Shown here: positions 22,202 to 31,910 of the stretch, piece by piece
How positions within the stretch are numbered: position 1 is the stretch's first letter
Layout of the letters: each line of letters starts with the position of its first letter
Virus record (IMG/VR): IMGVR_UViG_3300042691_038490
Span: 1-64,000 of that record
Origin: a virus
Direction: 5' to 3' (one strand)
DNA: 64,000 nt
Translations under genes and position numbers: made by a program
Notes under the pieces: model-generated
Told to the model about the DNA's origin: nothing
The model's input: the letters and a program-made list of their open reading frames with translations, nothing else
Databases searched by the model: none

Positions 22202-22894
22202 TTACCACTCTGACAGAGCTGTTCTACGCCATTTTATACCATTATGAGAATAAATGTAATTAGAATCTGTAGCGATTTGACCAGATACTCCAAATGATGT
22301 AGAAGAAGATGGTATATAATTATTTGTAAGAAATATACCTTTAAATATGCCTGTTTGTCTTACATTTAAATTACCAGCGATATCTACTTTTTCTTGTGGT
22401 TGATATGTACCAAAACCAATTTTTTCATGAGGCTCTAAAGCAAATACTCCGCTTTGTTCGATGTGATTAAATCTTTCATCTATTGAGTATGCTGTTAAAA
22501 CTGCCTGACTGAAAAAATTTGGAGGGTTTGCCAGCGGTACGGTTAGACCAGTAGAATTTATTTGAATTGGATTATCTCCTTGAATTCTTCCTTGGGTAGA
22601 TGTTCCAGTTCTAATAAACCATTTTTGTGTTCTAATATGACGACTTAATTGAGCTTCATTTGATTGAGCAAAATTAAAAAATGCTTTGAATCCAGTAATA
22701 GTTCCAGGAAATGGTAATGGTTTTTCTGTACCATCAGAGAATAAATATCTTACGGTATAAATTCCGACATTAGTTGATGGATTAAATGGAACAAATGAGT
22801 TATTCGTATATCCAGATGGAATATAAGAGGTGCCAGCTAGGGTAGTAGTGCCACTTACATTAAAATTACCAGTTATTATTGTAATATCTGCCAT
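22202..22894 (-). CDS. Tail fibre-like structural protein
   Basis: IGFGT..PQEKVDIAGN motif and W.RTALSEW C-terminal module. Confidence 0.6.
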   Translation of the reverse strand: MADITIITGNFNVSGTTTLAGTSYIPSGYTNNSFVPFNPSTNVGIYTVRYLFSDGTEKPLPFPGTITGFKAFFNFAQSNEAQLSRHIRTQKWFIRTGTSTQGRIQGDNPIQINSTGLTVPLANPPNFFSQAVLTAYSIDERFNHIEQSGVFALEPHEKIGFGTYQPQEKVDIAGNLNVRQTGIFKGIFLTNNYIPSSSTSFGVSGQIATDSNYIYSHNGIKWRRTALSEW

Positions 22895-22898
22895 AAAA

Positions 22899-23165
22899 TT
22901 ATCCTATGGTTAGAGTTGGGGAAAATAAGGTTCCAGCGGAAGAAATCAAAACTTGTTGTCCATTTAATAAAAAATTTCCATTTACTGATATACCATTATT
23001 AAATATACCAGAACTATTTACCGTTAAATTTTGACCAGTAACTATAGCTCCTTGATTTAAATTTACTATAGAGTTATTACCTGTTATACGAACATATCTA
23101 AGATCTAGTTGGCCACTATTAGTCAATTGCTCAGTAAATATCTGTAGACCATTAAATGTACGCAT
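22899..23165 (-). CDS. Small virion structural protein
   Basis: MRTFNGLQIFT.QLTNSGQLDLRYVRI shared with 21733..22164. Confidence 0.6.
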   Translation of the reverse strand: MRTFNGLQIFTEQLTNSGQLDLRYVRITGNNSIVNLNQGAIVTGQNLTVNSSGIFNNGISVNGNFLLNGQQVLISSAGTLFSPTLTIG

Positions 23166-23186
23166 ATAATGATTTACACTTTTAAA

Positions 23187-25109
23187 TTAAGATTTACTAT
23201 GATATAATAGACTTGCTAGGTAGTTTGTAACTTGATGTTCTGAGGCTATTTCTTGTATATTTTTAACTTGATCTTGGTTTTGATCAAATGGTTTTTCTAG
23301 ATATTCTTCAATTTTAGATTTCCAATTTTCTGGAGATTCATTAGCTATAATGATTTCAGAAATTTTTTCAGCATCTTCTTTTTGCTGATTGCTTAATTTT
23401 TTAACATTAAATTTCTTTCTTACAGCAGATTTTACTTGTTCTTCTAAATCTTGACTAGCCAATATATTTTCTTTAATTTTAGTTACAGAAAAATTAGAGC
23501 TTGCTCCGATTGGAGATATGTTCTTTGTTGATTGAGGAATACCTGTTGATCCAGATGGTCTACCTGCTGGAGCAGCTCCTCCACCAATAATTGGTTGATA
23601 AAGGCCTTGATCTTTAAGTTGTCTAAATTTAATTTGTGACTCAACTGATTCTTGATTTGTTGGGAGTCTACCACTATCAATGGCTTGTAAGCCTTCTTCT
23701 GGAGTAAGAACTCCAAGTTCAATAAGACGATTAAATATACGAGAATATTGTACGTCATCTTTAAGATTCATTTCTTCAAAAGATGGTGTTGGGAAATTTT
23801 TAAAACCAAGATCTTTACTCATTCTGCGAATTTCTGGAATCAAAAATTCATTTAAGAAAACTTCACGAGCTTGCTTTAATCTTTCTACAAATACTTGAAC
23901 CTTAATACTTTGATTAGCAAATTTTTCACTACCAATAAGAACATTGTTAAGTCCAATTTGAATATCACGATCAACAACTTCATATTTTTGTGGACCAATT
24001 AGATTTCCAATATCTGGGATTACAAACTGAGCTTTTGTTGTGTAATCGGCAATTAAAACTCTGCCAACACTTTGATTTTCAAATAAAGCCTGCATTGCTT
24101 GTAGATTCTTTTGATTAACGCCGCCTTTATCTGGATCAGTTCCCATGGTAACAAGTAAAACTGCTTGTTGCATGGTTCTAGTGACAGCCATATCCATTTT
24201 TTTCATTTCAAGTTTCCAGTTGATATCATCAAGAACTGGAAAACCCATTGGGATAGAAAGTGGCTCGTAATCTTGTTTTTTATAGAATACAGCGGCCAAT
24301 CTCTTACCATCTAATGGAAGAAGAATATAAGAAATTCCTTTATTTCTAACTTGTTCTTTAATTTCTGGTGGAAGCGATTCATAAACTTCTTTATCTTCAT
24401 CAGTTTTAGGATCTCTAAGTCTTTCTAATTCATAATCACTTAAAAGTTTATAATACATATTAAATGAATAATTTACTGTTCCACCAACATATACGTCTGC
24501 TGGATTAATAATAGTATAGCGAGCTGGAAGTTTAACGCTTCCATCTTGAGCAATTGATTTTAACTTTGAGCCAAATGTTTGGGTAACTCTAAGAAGTTGT
24601 TCTGGATTTAAAGATGTATCAAATCTATATGTAAATACATTTCCACTACGATAGTATTCACGAAAAAATTGATCTTGGAAACTAGCAAGATTTATTTTCT
24701 TAAAGTAGGCTTCAAAAAACTCTCTAGCTTTTTGACTACCTCCACTTAAATATATTGGACTACTAGAAAATTCTGTCATCAAATCAATTGTATTCCTAAA
24801 AATTGCAACATTATAATAGGCTTTTTGACAGAGGATAATTGCGTCACGAACATCTAAAGTCGAAAGATTTTTAACATATGTTGAGTATCTAAAAGGAATT
24901 AATCCAGTATCAATATTAGTAAATCTATTAGTTCTTTCTATTGTAGAAGCTGCGTTTCTACGAACTCCAGTAGCGGCAGCTCTAGCTTCTGACATTTTAA
25001 TTTTTGCTTTATTAACGTCACTACCATATACCATTAATGGTGTGGCTTCCGATATTGGAACTGCAAAAGATGCTTGTACTTCTTCTATTTTCTTGGTTTT
25101 TTTGCTCAT
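23187..25109 (-). CDS. Portal protein
   Basis: 640 aa directly after terminase; FRNTIDLM, EYYRSGNVF and ELGVLTPEE/GRP portal-like features. Confidence 0.75.
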   Translation of the reverse strand: MSKKTKKIEEVQASFAVPISEATPLMVYGSDVNKAKIKMSEARAAATGVRRNAASTIERTNRFTNIDTGLIPFRYSTYVKNLSTLDVRDAIILCQKAYYNVAIFRNTIDLMTEFSSSPIYLSGGSQKAREFFEAYFKKINLASFQDQFFREYYRSGNVFTYRFDTSLNPEQLLRVTQTFGSKLKSIAQDGSVKLPARYTIINPADVYVGGTVNYSFNMYYKLLSDYELERLRDPKTDEDKEVYESLPPEIKEQVRNKGISYILLPLDGKRLAAVFYKKQDYEPLSIPMGFPVLDDINWKLEMKKMDMAVTRTMQQAVLLVTMGTDPDKGGVNQKNLQAMQALFENQSVGRVLIADYTTKAQFVIPDIGNLIGPQKYEVVDRDIQIGLNNVLIGSEKFANQSIKVQVFVERLKQAREVFLNEFLIPEIRRMSKDLGFKNFPTPSFEEMNLKDDVQYSRIFNRLIELGVLTPEEGLQAIDSGRLPTNQESVESQIKFRQLKDQGLYQPIIGGGAAPAGRPSGSTGIPQSTKNISPIGASSNFSVTKIKENILASQDLEEQVKSAVRKKFNVKKLSNQQKEDAEKISEIIIANESPENWKSKIEEYLEKPFDQNQDQVKNIQEIASEHQVTNYLASLLYHSKS

Positions 25110-25127
25110 TTAACGTAAATATTACAC

Positions 25128-26972
25128 TTATTTTATCATTATTGGCGTAAATGTGTTAGATATCTCCTCTTTTGGTGCGTTTATTATATCATTATAGCAC
25201 TTCAAACCCCAATTTGCTAATAAAAGTGCAGAATAATTATCTTTTCTAGCTTTATTTGCGGATGAACTTCTTTTAAGATGTTGAGGTAAATCGAATGATT
25301 GAGTGCCTCTTGCTGTAGATGAATGTTCTATAAGAGTACATTGTTTTTTCGTTTGATAGATAAAATCATCTTGATTCTCTATGAAATCTAAAGTAGACCA
25401 ATCTTTCTTTTCCTCTGATTTCATAAGGTCTACAGGTATATTTTGATTAAATTGACCTTCGAAGAAACTATCATTTGCGCATGTTTTACTAGCAAACCAT
25501 ATTTTCTTATAATCAATAGACGCTTGTAGATGTTCATTAGATTTTCTTATAAAGCTGCTAGTGAATACTTGATTAAAAGCTATCTTTTTCGCTTCCAAGT
25601 TATAAGAGTTTCTAGCTCTTCTTATTTCTTGGTCATAATCTACTCCCTCTAAATCTGAATTAAATTCAAAAGAATTAATTTTAAAATTATTATTTTTAAA
25701 TAACTCTGATTCATTACAAGCAGAAAGAAATATGTCTGCGCCAGCATTATCAAGAATCATAAATACAATATTAAAATTAGTCATTATATAATATAAATAT
25801 TGTACGTGATTTTTTAGGTTTCCAAGTCCTGCGTATGTATGAACTAATGTGCCTGTTTTTGTTTCGTCATCAATTTCTATAACTGCCATAGCAAAATAAT
25901 CCGCATTAGGACTATCGCTCATGTTAGGATCAATTCCTAAAATATATTTTTTGTTAGCTAAACCTTTCATAAGAGTATGTGGAGCTTGGCCATTTGGTAT
26001 TGTACATTCTTCCATTTTTTTAGCACTAAAATAACTATCACTACCATCAATAAATCTAGCGCAATATTCTCTAAGGAAACTACTATGACTTGATCCACCT
26101 GCTTGAGCTTCTTCAATAATTGTTTTATCAATCATTTCTTCTGGAAGTGCTTCGTAGCTCATTTGAGAAACAAAATATGTTGCTTCATTCTCTTCTTTAG
26201 AATAAATTTTTTCTGTCCATTCGTTGTAAGTCTTGTAAAGGTTTTCAAAAGTATAGCTTGCAGATGAGAGAGCAATCATTTTACTATTATTTGGAAATAC
26301 CATCCTATCTTCATCTTTCATGACTCCTTCTTTAATAAGGTTATCCTCTATCTCCCTTATCTCCATTCGCTCTTTCATGTTTTGAGGAGCAACTAAGAAT
26401 GGCATAAGAACTGTTTTAACTATATCTTCTGATAATAGCAAGAACTCATCAAGTACAAGTACATTAGCTCGAAAACCTCGAATCTTTTCACCACTTAATG
26501 GAATTGCTACAATACTTCCTCCGTTTATTTGCCATTCATATTGATCGTTTCTTTTACTTTTTGCACCAAAAGCTTGTTTTAATAATTCTCCACCTTTGCT
26601 ATCTACAATCTTTTCTAAATTATTAAATATAAATCTAGCAGTTCTAAATGTAGGACCAGCAATCAGGATTTTAGTATTTGGTTCAAAAATACATTGTAAG
26701 AAACAAAAAACTGAAGCCATGAATGATTTACCACATCCACGACCAAAAACACACATATTAAAATTTCTATTAAGTAAACCTTTTAGATGTATTTCTTGAT
26801 AAGGAGCGAGTTTAATTCCACTAATTAATTCAGTAGTAAAACCTAAATTTGCCCTTAAAAACTTTGCTAATGTAATCTTAGCTTCTTTATCATTAAGTAT
26901 ACCTTTTAATTGAGAAAGCTCAAGATTAATATCTGGATAGTCTTTTTTATATTTATCTGGACAGTATATCAT
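25128..26972 (-). CDS. terL: Terminase large subunit
   Basis: Walker A GRGCGKS, Walker B VLVLDE, coupling motif LSSA, FLREYCARF, nuclease YILGIDP and RKDNYSA. Confidence 0.92.
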   Translation of the reverse strand: MIYCPDKYKKDYPDINLELSQLKGILNDKEAKITLAKFLRANLGFTTELISGIKLAPYQEIHLKGLLNRNFNMCVFGRGCGKSFMASVFCFLQCIFEPNTKILIAGPTFRTARFIFNNLEKIVDSKGGELLKQAFGAKSKRNDQYEWQINGGSIVAIPLSGEKIRGFRANVLVLDEFLLLSEDIVKTVLMPFLVAPQNMKERMEIREIEDNLIKEGVMKDEDRMVFPNNSKMIALSSASYTFENLYKTYNEWTEKIYSKEENEATYFVSQMSYEALPEEMIDKTIIEEAQAGGSSHSSFLREYCARFIDGSDSYFSAKKMEECTIPNGQAPHTLMKGLANKKYILGIDPNMSDSPNADYFAMAVIEIDDETKTGTLVHTYAGLGNLKNHVQYLYYIMTNFNIVFMILDNAGADIFLSACNESELFKNNNFKINSFEFNSDLEGVDYDQEIRRARNSYNLEAKKIAFNQVFTSSFIRKSNEHLQASIDYKKIWFASKTCANDSFFEGQFNQNIPVDLMKSEEKKDWSTLDFIENQDDFIYQTKKQCTLIEHSSTARGTQSFDLPQHLKRSSSANKARKDNYSALLLANWGLKCYNDIINAPKEEISNTFTPIMIK

Positions 26973-27904
26973 AAGATTTTCATGTCATATGCTAGTTGGA
27001 GATCTATTTTTTTATAAAAACATTTACTAGCAAAAATAGCCTCAATAATTCTTGTCATTTCTTTTCTTCCATCAACAAAAAGGAATTGAAGATTTGAATA
27101 ATTTTGTAAAAGTTCTCTAACATTGTGAAATATATATTCTGGAGTAGCTTTAATTTTCTTGCTAATATGTGGTAGATATTGAAAGCTTAAAGCATTACTC
27201 AAGGTCTCTTCTACCATAACTATTATATAAGAATTATTTTTAAGAGCTTTTTCTATTTCATTCTTGAACCGATCATAATTTTTAACACTTAAAGTACTAA
27301 TAAAATCACTTAAACTTTTTCTTTCAATAAAACATCCACAATTATCATTCGAACAAGCATAGTCGCCAAAACTTAATGTTTTAATCTCAAATGGAATATC
27401 AAACTTTAACCAACTTTGCTCTCTAGTATCCACAAAGATTGTATCTTTTTGTGTTAGCTTATTTTTAAAATTATCTCCTATTAATTTTGGATGTACATAT
27501 TTATTCTCTAAACCAATTGATGAACAAGTATCATAGTAATCTTTAAATATCTTATTATAAAATATAATAGAAGGAGCCATTATAGTTCTTAATTCTACTT
27601 GGGTTGGTGAGTAGATTAGATTTTTCATTTCTTTTCTCTTAATAAGTAAGTTTTTACAATACTCTTGAGCCTTATCTAGCGACTGTTCCTTCAGCCATTT
27701 TTTCATATTATTCTTATCATTAAAATCACTATTAAGATATTGCTCTTTTGTTTTAAAATTAATTAGTTCATTTGTAAGTAGATCTCTACGCTCGTAATAA
27801 GTCTGATAATATTTTACTTTATTTAAACCATAACCCTTTAAGGCGAAATGAAGACTTTTTTCATCTTTAAATTCTTTGCCATCAATTTTACATATAACAC
27901 TCAT
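26969..27904 (-). CDS. ERCC4/XPF-family nuclease
   Basis: VDTREQ...GDY...IERKSLSDF ERCC4 motif with an N-terminal zinc-finger-like segment. Confidence 0.8.
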   Translation of the reverse strand: MSVICKIDGKEFKDEKSLHFALKGYGLNKVKYYQTYYERRDLLTNELINFKTKEQYLNSDFNDKNNMKKWLKEQSLDKAQEYCKNLLIKRKEMKNLIYSPTQVELRTIMAPSIIFYNKIFKDYYDTCSSIGLENKYVHPKLIGDNFKNKLTQKDTIFVDTREQSWLKFDIPFEIKTLSFGDYACSNDNCGCFIERKSLSDFISTLSVKNYDRFKNEIEKALKNNSYIIVMVEETLSNALSFQYLPHISKKIKATPEYIFHNVRELLQNYSNLQFLFVDGRKEMTRIIEAIFASKCFYKKIDLQLAYDMKIL

Positions 27905-28995
27905 CCATTTAAAATATCTTCTTCTGATATCCCCAGGATTTTTGATTTTAGTTCATCCATTGTACCAAGTCTTTCGATTTCTTTTTTAAGTACAGATTTT
28001 CTAAGCTCTGCCATTTTGATTAACTTTTGTCTAGATTCTTCCTGTTTCCACATTTCAACAAGATTTAATATGCTAGCATTTTCTTTTACTTGTTTGCTAA
28101 GTCTTTCACTTCTTTTGACTTTCAGATCATTAAGAAGTTTTTGCTGACGATTTACGCAGTCATTGTATTCTTTTCTAGCAGTATTACTTGCTTCTACAAG
28201 CGCCATTGGAATCTTGCCGTCCTCTTGAATTGCTATATCAATTTGGTTTTGTAAAACGTTAATTGTTTGTTGAATATTTGATGATATAACAACCTCTGTA
28301 GAAAGAACAATATATTGATCTACTTCCTCTTGTGTTAAATCACTTTTATCATGAGTATATCTAACGAAACTACTTTCGAAAAGTTCTCTATCTCTTTCAT
28401 CATCATAAAGGTTAATTTGATGTCCAAATCTAAAAGTATTCATATAACCAATCAATGAGTTGACTTCTTTTTTTTGTTTGGGAGTAATCTTTTCTTTATC
28501 TATACCATCAAGAATATATCTATTGACTTTTGCTATCATTCTTTCTTCACTTTTTGGCGCACGATATTCTTCAGTTGAAGCATTTTGATTAGTTGTATCA
28601 GAATATTTAACATTTGATGGAACAATTTTCATATATTCCAAAACACTTCTTGTTTCCTGTGATAGATTTGTTAATGATTCATTTTTAAATAAAATTTTAG
28701 CTATCTCTAGTCCTGTCATTGTAGAACAATTATTACTTATATATTCCTTCTGTTCATCACTGAGTTCTATCAATCCTTTAGCTTGATATTCATGACTTTT
28801 TCTTGGTTTTATTTGTCTAGAGGCAAGAAAATTTTTTACAGCTTTACCTTCTTTGCTTCTTCCGTCGAGATCATCTCTATCAAAAGCTAATTTTACAAGT
28901 TCAACCAAAGAAGGTGGATTATCTGGCCTATTATTCCATTCTTCTAATAGTTTTAATTGTTGTTCTTGAGTTAGCTCTGGTAAGTTTTCGCTCAT
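27901..28995 (-). CDS. Hypothetical protein, possible terminase small subunit/packaging factor
   Basis: Helical protein with C-terminal coiled-coil in the operon upstream of terL; assignment is positional only. Confidence 0.4.
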   Translation of the reverse strand: MSENLPELTQEQQLKLLEEWNNRPDNPPSLVELVKLAFDRDDLDGRSKEGKAVKNFLASRQIKPRKSHEYQAKGLIELSDEQKEYISNNCSTMTGLEIAKILFKNESLTNLSQETRSVLEYMKIVPSNVKYSDTTNQNASTEEYRAPKSEERMIAKVNRYILDGIDKEKITPKQKKEVNSLIGYMNTFRFGHQINLYDDERDRELFESSFVRYTHDKSDLTQEEVDQYIVLSTEVVISSNIQQTINVLQNQIDIAIQEDGKIPMALVEASNTARKEYNDCVNRQQKLLNDLKVKRSERLSKQVKENASILNLVEMWKQEESRQKLIKMAELRKSVLKKEIERLGTMDELKSKILGISEEDILNG

Positions 28996-28996
28996 A

Positions 28997-29680
28997 TTAG
29001 TATATGTCTATATCCCCATTATATAAATGTTTTTTAACTTTAATCATTATTGCTTTCTTTAGATTCTTAACCTGTTTATATCCTATCTTACGATTCTTCT
29101 CGCTTGTTTTATATCCCATTAATTTTGCAGATTCTTCTTCAGATTTATGTTCTATATAATGAAGATGATAAAATTTCCATTCTATGGGTTTTAAAATTTG
29201 GTGCATTTTTTTATGTATATTATTTGCAGCTTTATCAATATCTATTTCATCTTCGATAATATTATGGACTTCTTGAGTATGGTTCTCTAAAGTAACTGGC
29301 AGTTTAATATCATGTGCAGATTTTTTACTTTTTTCCCATTTTGCATATAATGGACACTTATTACATTGAGTTGCATAAATATTACATCCATCTTCATTTT
29401 CTGCAGCTGCACATTTTAAACAAGGTCTAGAATAGTTTCCATAATTATTTCTTATAAGATTTTTTATCTGATTGCTGACTATTCTATTAATCCAAGGAGC
29501 TAATGGTTGTTTTTGATCATACATATTCCATTTTTTATAAATGTGTATTCTCAATATTTGAGCTACATCATGAAAATCCATCCAAGCAAGCGTTGTTAAA
29601 TTCCACTTGTGTTTTCTTTTATTGATTTCTTGATTAATCTCCGAAATTTTACTTTCGAAAGTTGCTTTCGGAGACTTCAT
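28997..29680 (-). CDS. Sigma-factor-like transcription factor (putative late sigma)
   Basis: Region-2-like DVAQILRIHIYKKW..YD.....WINRIVSNQIKNLIR, Cys-rich insert and C-terminal HTH (EESAKLMGY). Confidence 0.7.
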   Translation of the reverse strand: MKSPKATFESKISEINQEINKRKHKWNLTTLAWMDFHDVAQILRIHIYKKWNMYDQKQPLAPWINRIVSNQIKNLIRNNYGNYSRPCLKCAAAENEDGCNIYATQCNKCPLYAKWEKSKKSAHDIKLPVTLENHTQEVHNIIEDEIDIDKAANNIHKKMHQILKPIEWKFYHLHYIEHKSEEESAKLMGYKTSEKNRKIGYKQVKNLKKAIMIKVKKHLYNGDIDIY

Positions 29681-29682
29681 TA

Positions 29683-30108
29683 TTATCTTTTACTTTTTCT
29701 TAAAGAACCTGCTTCTTTGGCAAAATCTTCTAATATTTGTTTTTTTGAAGTTTTTTTACCCTTTGTTTTTATTTTATTTCTTTTTGTATTTTCTCCTGTT
29801 CCCATTAAATCTTTTAATTTAACACCTCTAGTTGGTGTTTCTGACGCTGTTTCAACTTGAATTTTTGATATTTGTGGTACACTCGTAATATTTTCTTCAT
29901 TATCATCAAAATCTTGGTCATCTTCAATATCTACTTCTGGTACATATGTTTTTTTAGCAATAGTTGGTTTTTGTAGCTGTACTTTTTGAACTACTGGTTG
30001 AGAAACTTGGTTATTCTTTTCAAAAGGATTACCACAATTAGTACAAAATATTGGTTTTTTTAAACTATATTCTGTAGGCGCGCCACAATCTAAACAATAT
30101 CTTTTCAT
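29683..30108 (-). CDS. Zinc-ribbon protein
   Basis: YCLDCG...FCTNCG N-terminus. Confidence 0.7.
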   Translation of the reverse strand: MKRYCLDCGAPTEYSLKKPIFCTNCGNPFEKNNQVSQPVVQKVQLQKPTIAKKTYVPEVDIEDDQDFDDNEENITSVPQISKIQVETASETPTRGVKLKDLMGTGENTKRNKIKTKGKKTSKKQILEDFAKEAGSLRKSKR

Positions 30109-30153
30109 TTAATATTATTATATACTAAATGAATAATTTAATCTAATTTTAAA

Positions 30154-30588
30154 TTAGGATAGATTATGTTCTTTTTTGGTGGATTCTGGAATTGCAGCTA
30201 CAAACTCTGGGCCTTTGCTTTTGGCCTTTTGATATAATTTTTTAATAAAAGCATCATAGGTCATTTTACCACTCATACGGCCATAATTACTAATAGCATC
30301 TCTTACATCTTGTGGGCTGACGATTGGAAAAGAGCGTGTTTCTGGAAAAAGAAAATCGCTATCTTTTAACTCAGTTCTAGTCTTGCCTTTATAAGTTTTT
30401 TGATAAGCCTCAGTATCACAAATATCTACTTCCATAGCTTTAACTTTTTGTTTTTTACCTTTACGAAAAGTAGTTAAACATACAGCAACTCTTTGATCTT
30501 GACTTGTAAATTCTTCTTTAATTGCTGGCATACAGCGACCCATATAATCGCCCTCTTTCTCTTTCTTTTTTGGCTTTGGTATAGGCAT
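30154..30588 (-). CDS. Head-associated hypothetical protein
   Basis: MPIPKPK...YMGRC...QRVAVC module plus FLFP..RSFPI module. Start moved to MPIPK, downstream of a GTGTAT motif. Confidence 0.55.
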   Translation of the reverse strand: MPIPKPKKKEKEGDYMGRCMPAIKEEFTSQDQRVAVCLTTFRKGKKQKVKAMEVDICDTEAYQKTYKGKTRTELKDSDFLFPETRSFPIVSPQDVRDAISNYGRMSGKMTYDAFIKKLYQKAKSKGPEFVAAIPESTKKEHNLS

Positions 30589-30703
30589 ATATAATATATA
30601 CACATAAAAGAATTTAAAATAGAACCTGTGTCATTTTGTCAATATACTAAATTTTATGTTATGTCATTTTGACTCTATATTGTTATTTTGTCTCTGTAGA
30701 AAC

Positions 30704-30720
30704 TTGGCATAGATCTTGCA
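30704..30720 (+). promoter_or_regulatory. Sigma54 (-24/-12) promoter of hsp20
   Basis: TTGGCATAGATCTTGCA matches YTGGCACGNNNNTTGCW with exact GG-N10-GC spacing. Confidence 0.75.
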
Positions 30721-30752
30721 TATAAATATAAACAAAGGAGGCATAGAAAAAT

Positions 30753-31108
30753 ATGCTATTGACACTAAGAAATGGAAGTAGACCATTAGATGTATTTGAA
30801 AATATATTTAATGATTCTATATTTAATTATGATAGGGATATTCTGACTTTATTTTAGAAAATGATCAGTATTCTCTTGAAATTCCTCTTGCAGGATTTAA
30901 GAAAGAGAATATTGATATTACTACAAATCAAGAATATCTAACTGTTAGGGCAACTAGAAAAGAAGGCAAAGTAAAATATGAAAAGTCTTTTTACTTGCCT
31001 AGAAAAGTAGATCTTACCGAAGTTAAAGCAAAGCATGAAGATGGTTTATTGACTATTACCTTTGGTAAAGAAAATAAAAAACTACAAAATAAAATCAAAA
31101 TAGACTAA
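30753..31108 (+). pseudogene. Hsp20 small heat-shock protein, split by a one-base frameshift
   Basis: AAGGAGG RBS and ATG 30753; this frame stops at TAG 30855-30857. The -1 frame from 30836 encodes YSLEIPLAGFKKENIDI...FYLPRKVD...AKHEDGLLTITF (alpha-crystallin domain) to TAA 31106-31108. Confidence 0.8.
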
Positions 31109-31115
31109 TAATAAT

Positions 31116-31146
31116 CTTAGCGTCAAGTTCAAACCTTGGCGCTAAG
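31116..31146 (+). terminator. Stem-loop after hsp20
   Basis: CTTAGCGTCAAG...CTTGGCGCTAAG inverted repeat. Confidence 0.55.
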
Positions 31147-31227
31147 TGTAATACTTTTATATGACACTAGCTTCTTGGTTAATTTGTGGTGCAGTTTTAG
31201 TTTATATACTTTATTTAAAAGAGAGAA

Positions 31228-31608
31228 TTAAATAGCAGATATAGTAACTGTGCCAGACCACCCGCTCGCCCCATTATAGTTACCTTCTGGTCGAATCGTG
31301 GAGAAGTCTGGCGGCCCAACTCCTGAAAATTTAGCAAAGTTCGAAGATCCTCCAGCGATTAAGCTAATCAACCAAGGGAATCCACTATAGTATAGTTTAT
31401 AAGTATCTGTCTCATCATAATAAACAGGTTGCCCACTATTGGTTAAACCACTGTCGTAAAATCTTAAATTATTTATATCTGGCGATAGTCCTACGCCAGT
31501 AGCTTTGTATAAATAAGTTCTTGCTTGTGAAACAATTGCTTTTTTAGGAATATATAAATTTATTCCTCTTGTAAATGAACCTAATTGTTTTGTCCCCTTA
31601 ACTCTCAT
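31228..31608 (-). CDS. Hypothetical virion-associated protein
   Basis: 126-aa ORF with GTGTAA motif upstream. Confidence 0.55.
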   Translation of the reverse strand: MRVKGTKQLGSFTRGINLYIPKKAIVSQARTYLYKATGVGLSPDINNLRFYDSGLTNSGQPVYYDETDTYKLYYSGFPWLISLIAGGSSNFAKFSGVGPPDFSTIRPEGNYNGASGWSGTVTISAI

Positions 31609-31625
31609 TATTCTTAAATTACACT

Positions 31626-31892
31626 TTATTTATCAAGGTAGTCTTCTATGTCTTTTATTAATTTTTTTCTTTTTCTACGCTCTAGAACTGTTACTAGTGT
31701 CGCTAAAGAGATCGGAAAAAAGAACCTAAGAAAAAATCCCATATGGTGCTCTTTAGTAAGAAGGTCAAAGTGATTAAGGTAAAGATCGCTGAGTCCGTAA
31801 ATTGTAAACAAAATAGCTGGAATAAAAACAATAAAAAAGAACTTCTCGTAATGTTCAAGATTATTCCACCAATTTATTATTTTAGTAAGCAT
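31626..31892 (-). CDS. Two-TM membrane protein
   Basis: Two hydrophobic helices and a basic tail; GTGTAA motif upstream. Confidence 0.6.
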   Translation of the reverse strand: MLTKIINWWNNLEHYEKFFFIVFIPAILFTIYGLSDLYLNHFDLLTKEHHMGFFLRFFFPISLATLVTVLERRKRKKLIKDIEDYLDK

Positions 31893-31910
31893 ATCATAAT
31901 TGCTTACACC

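Noticed and set aside
1-23165. Diversity-generating retroelement acting on fibres
   Set aside because: No reverse transcriptase, and the shared segments do not show adenine-specific differences.
25128-26972. Intein or intron in terminase
   Set aside because: Length and motif spacing are normal; no splicing motifs seen.
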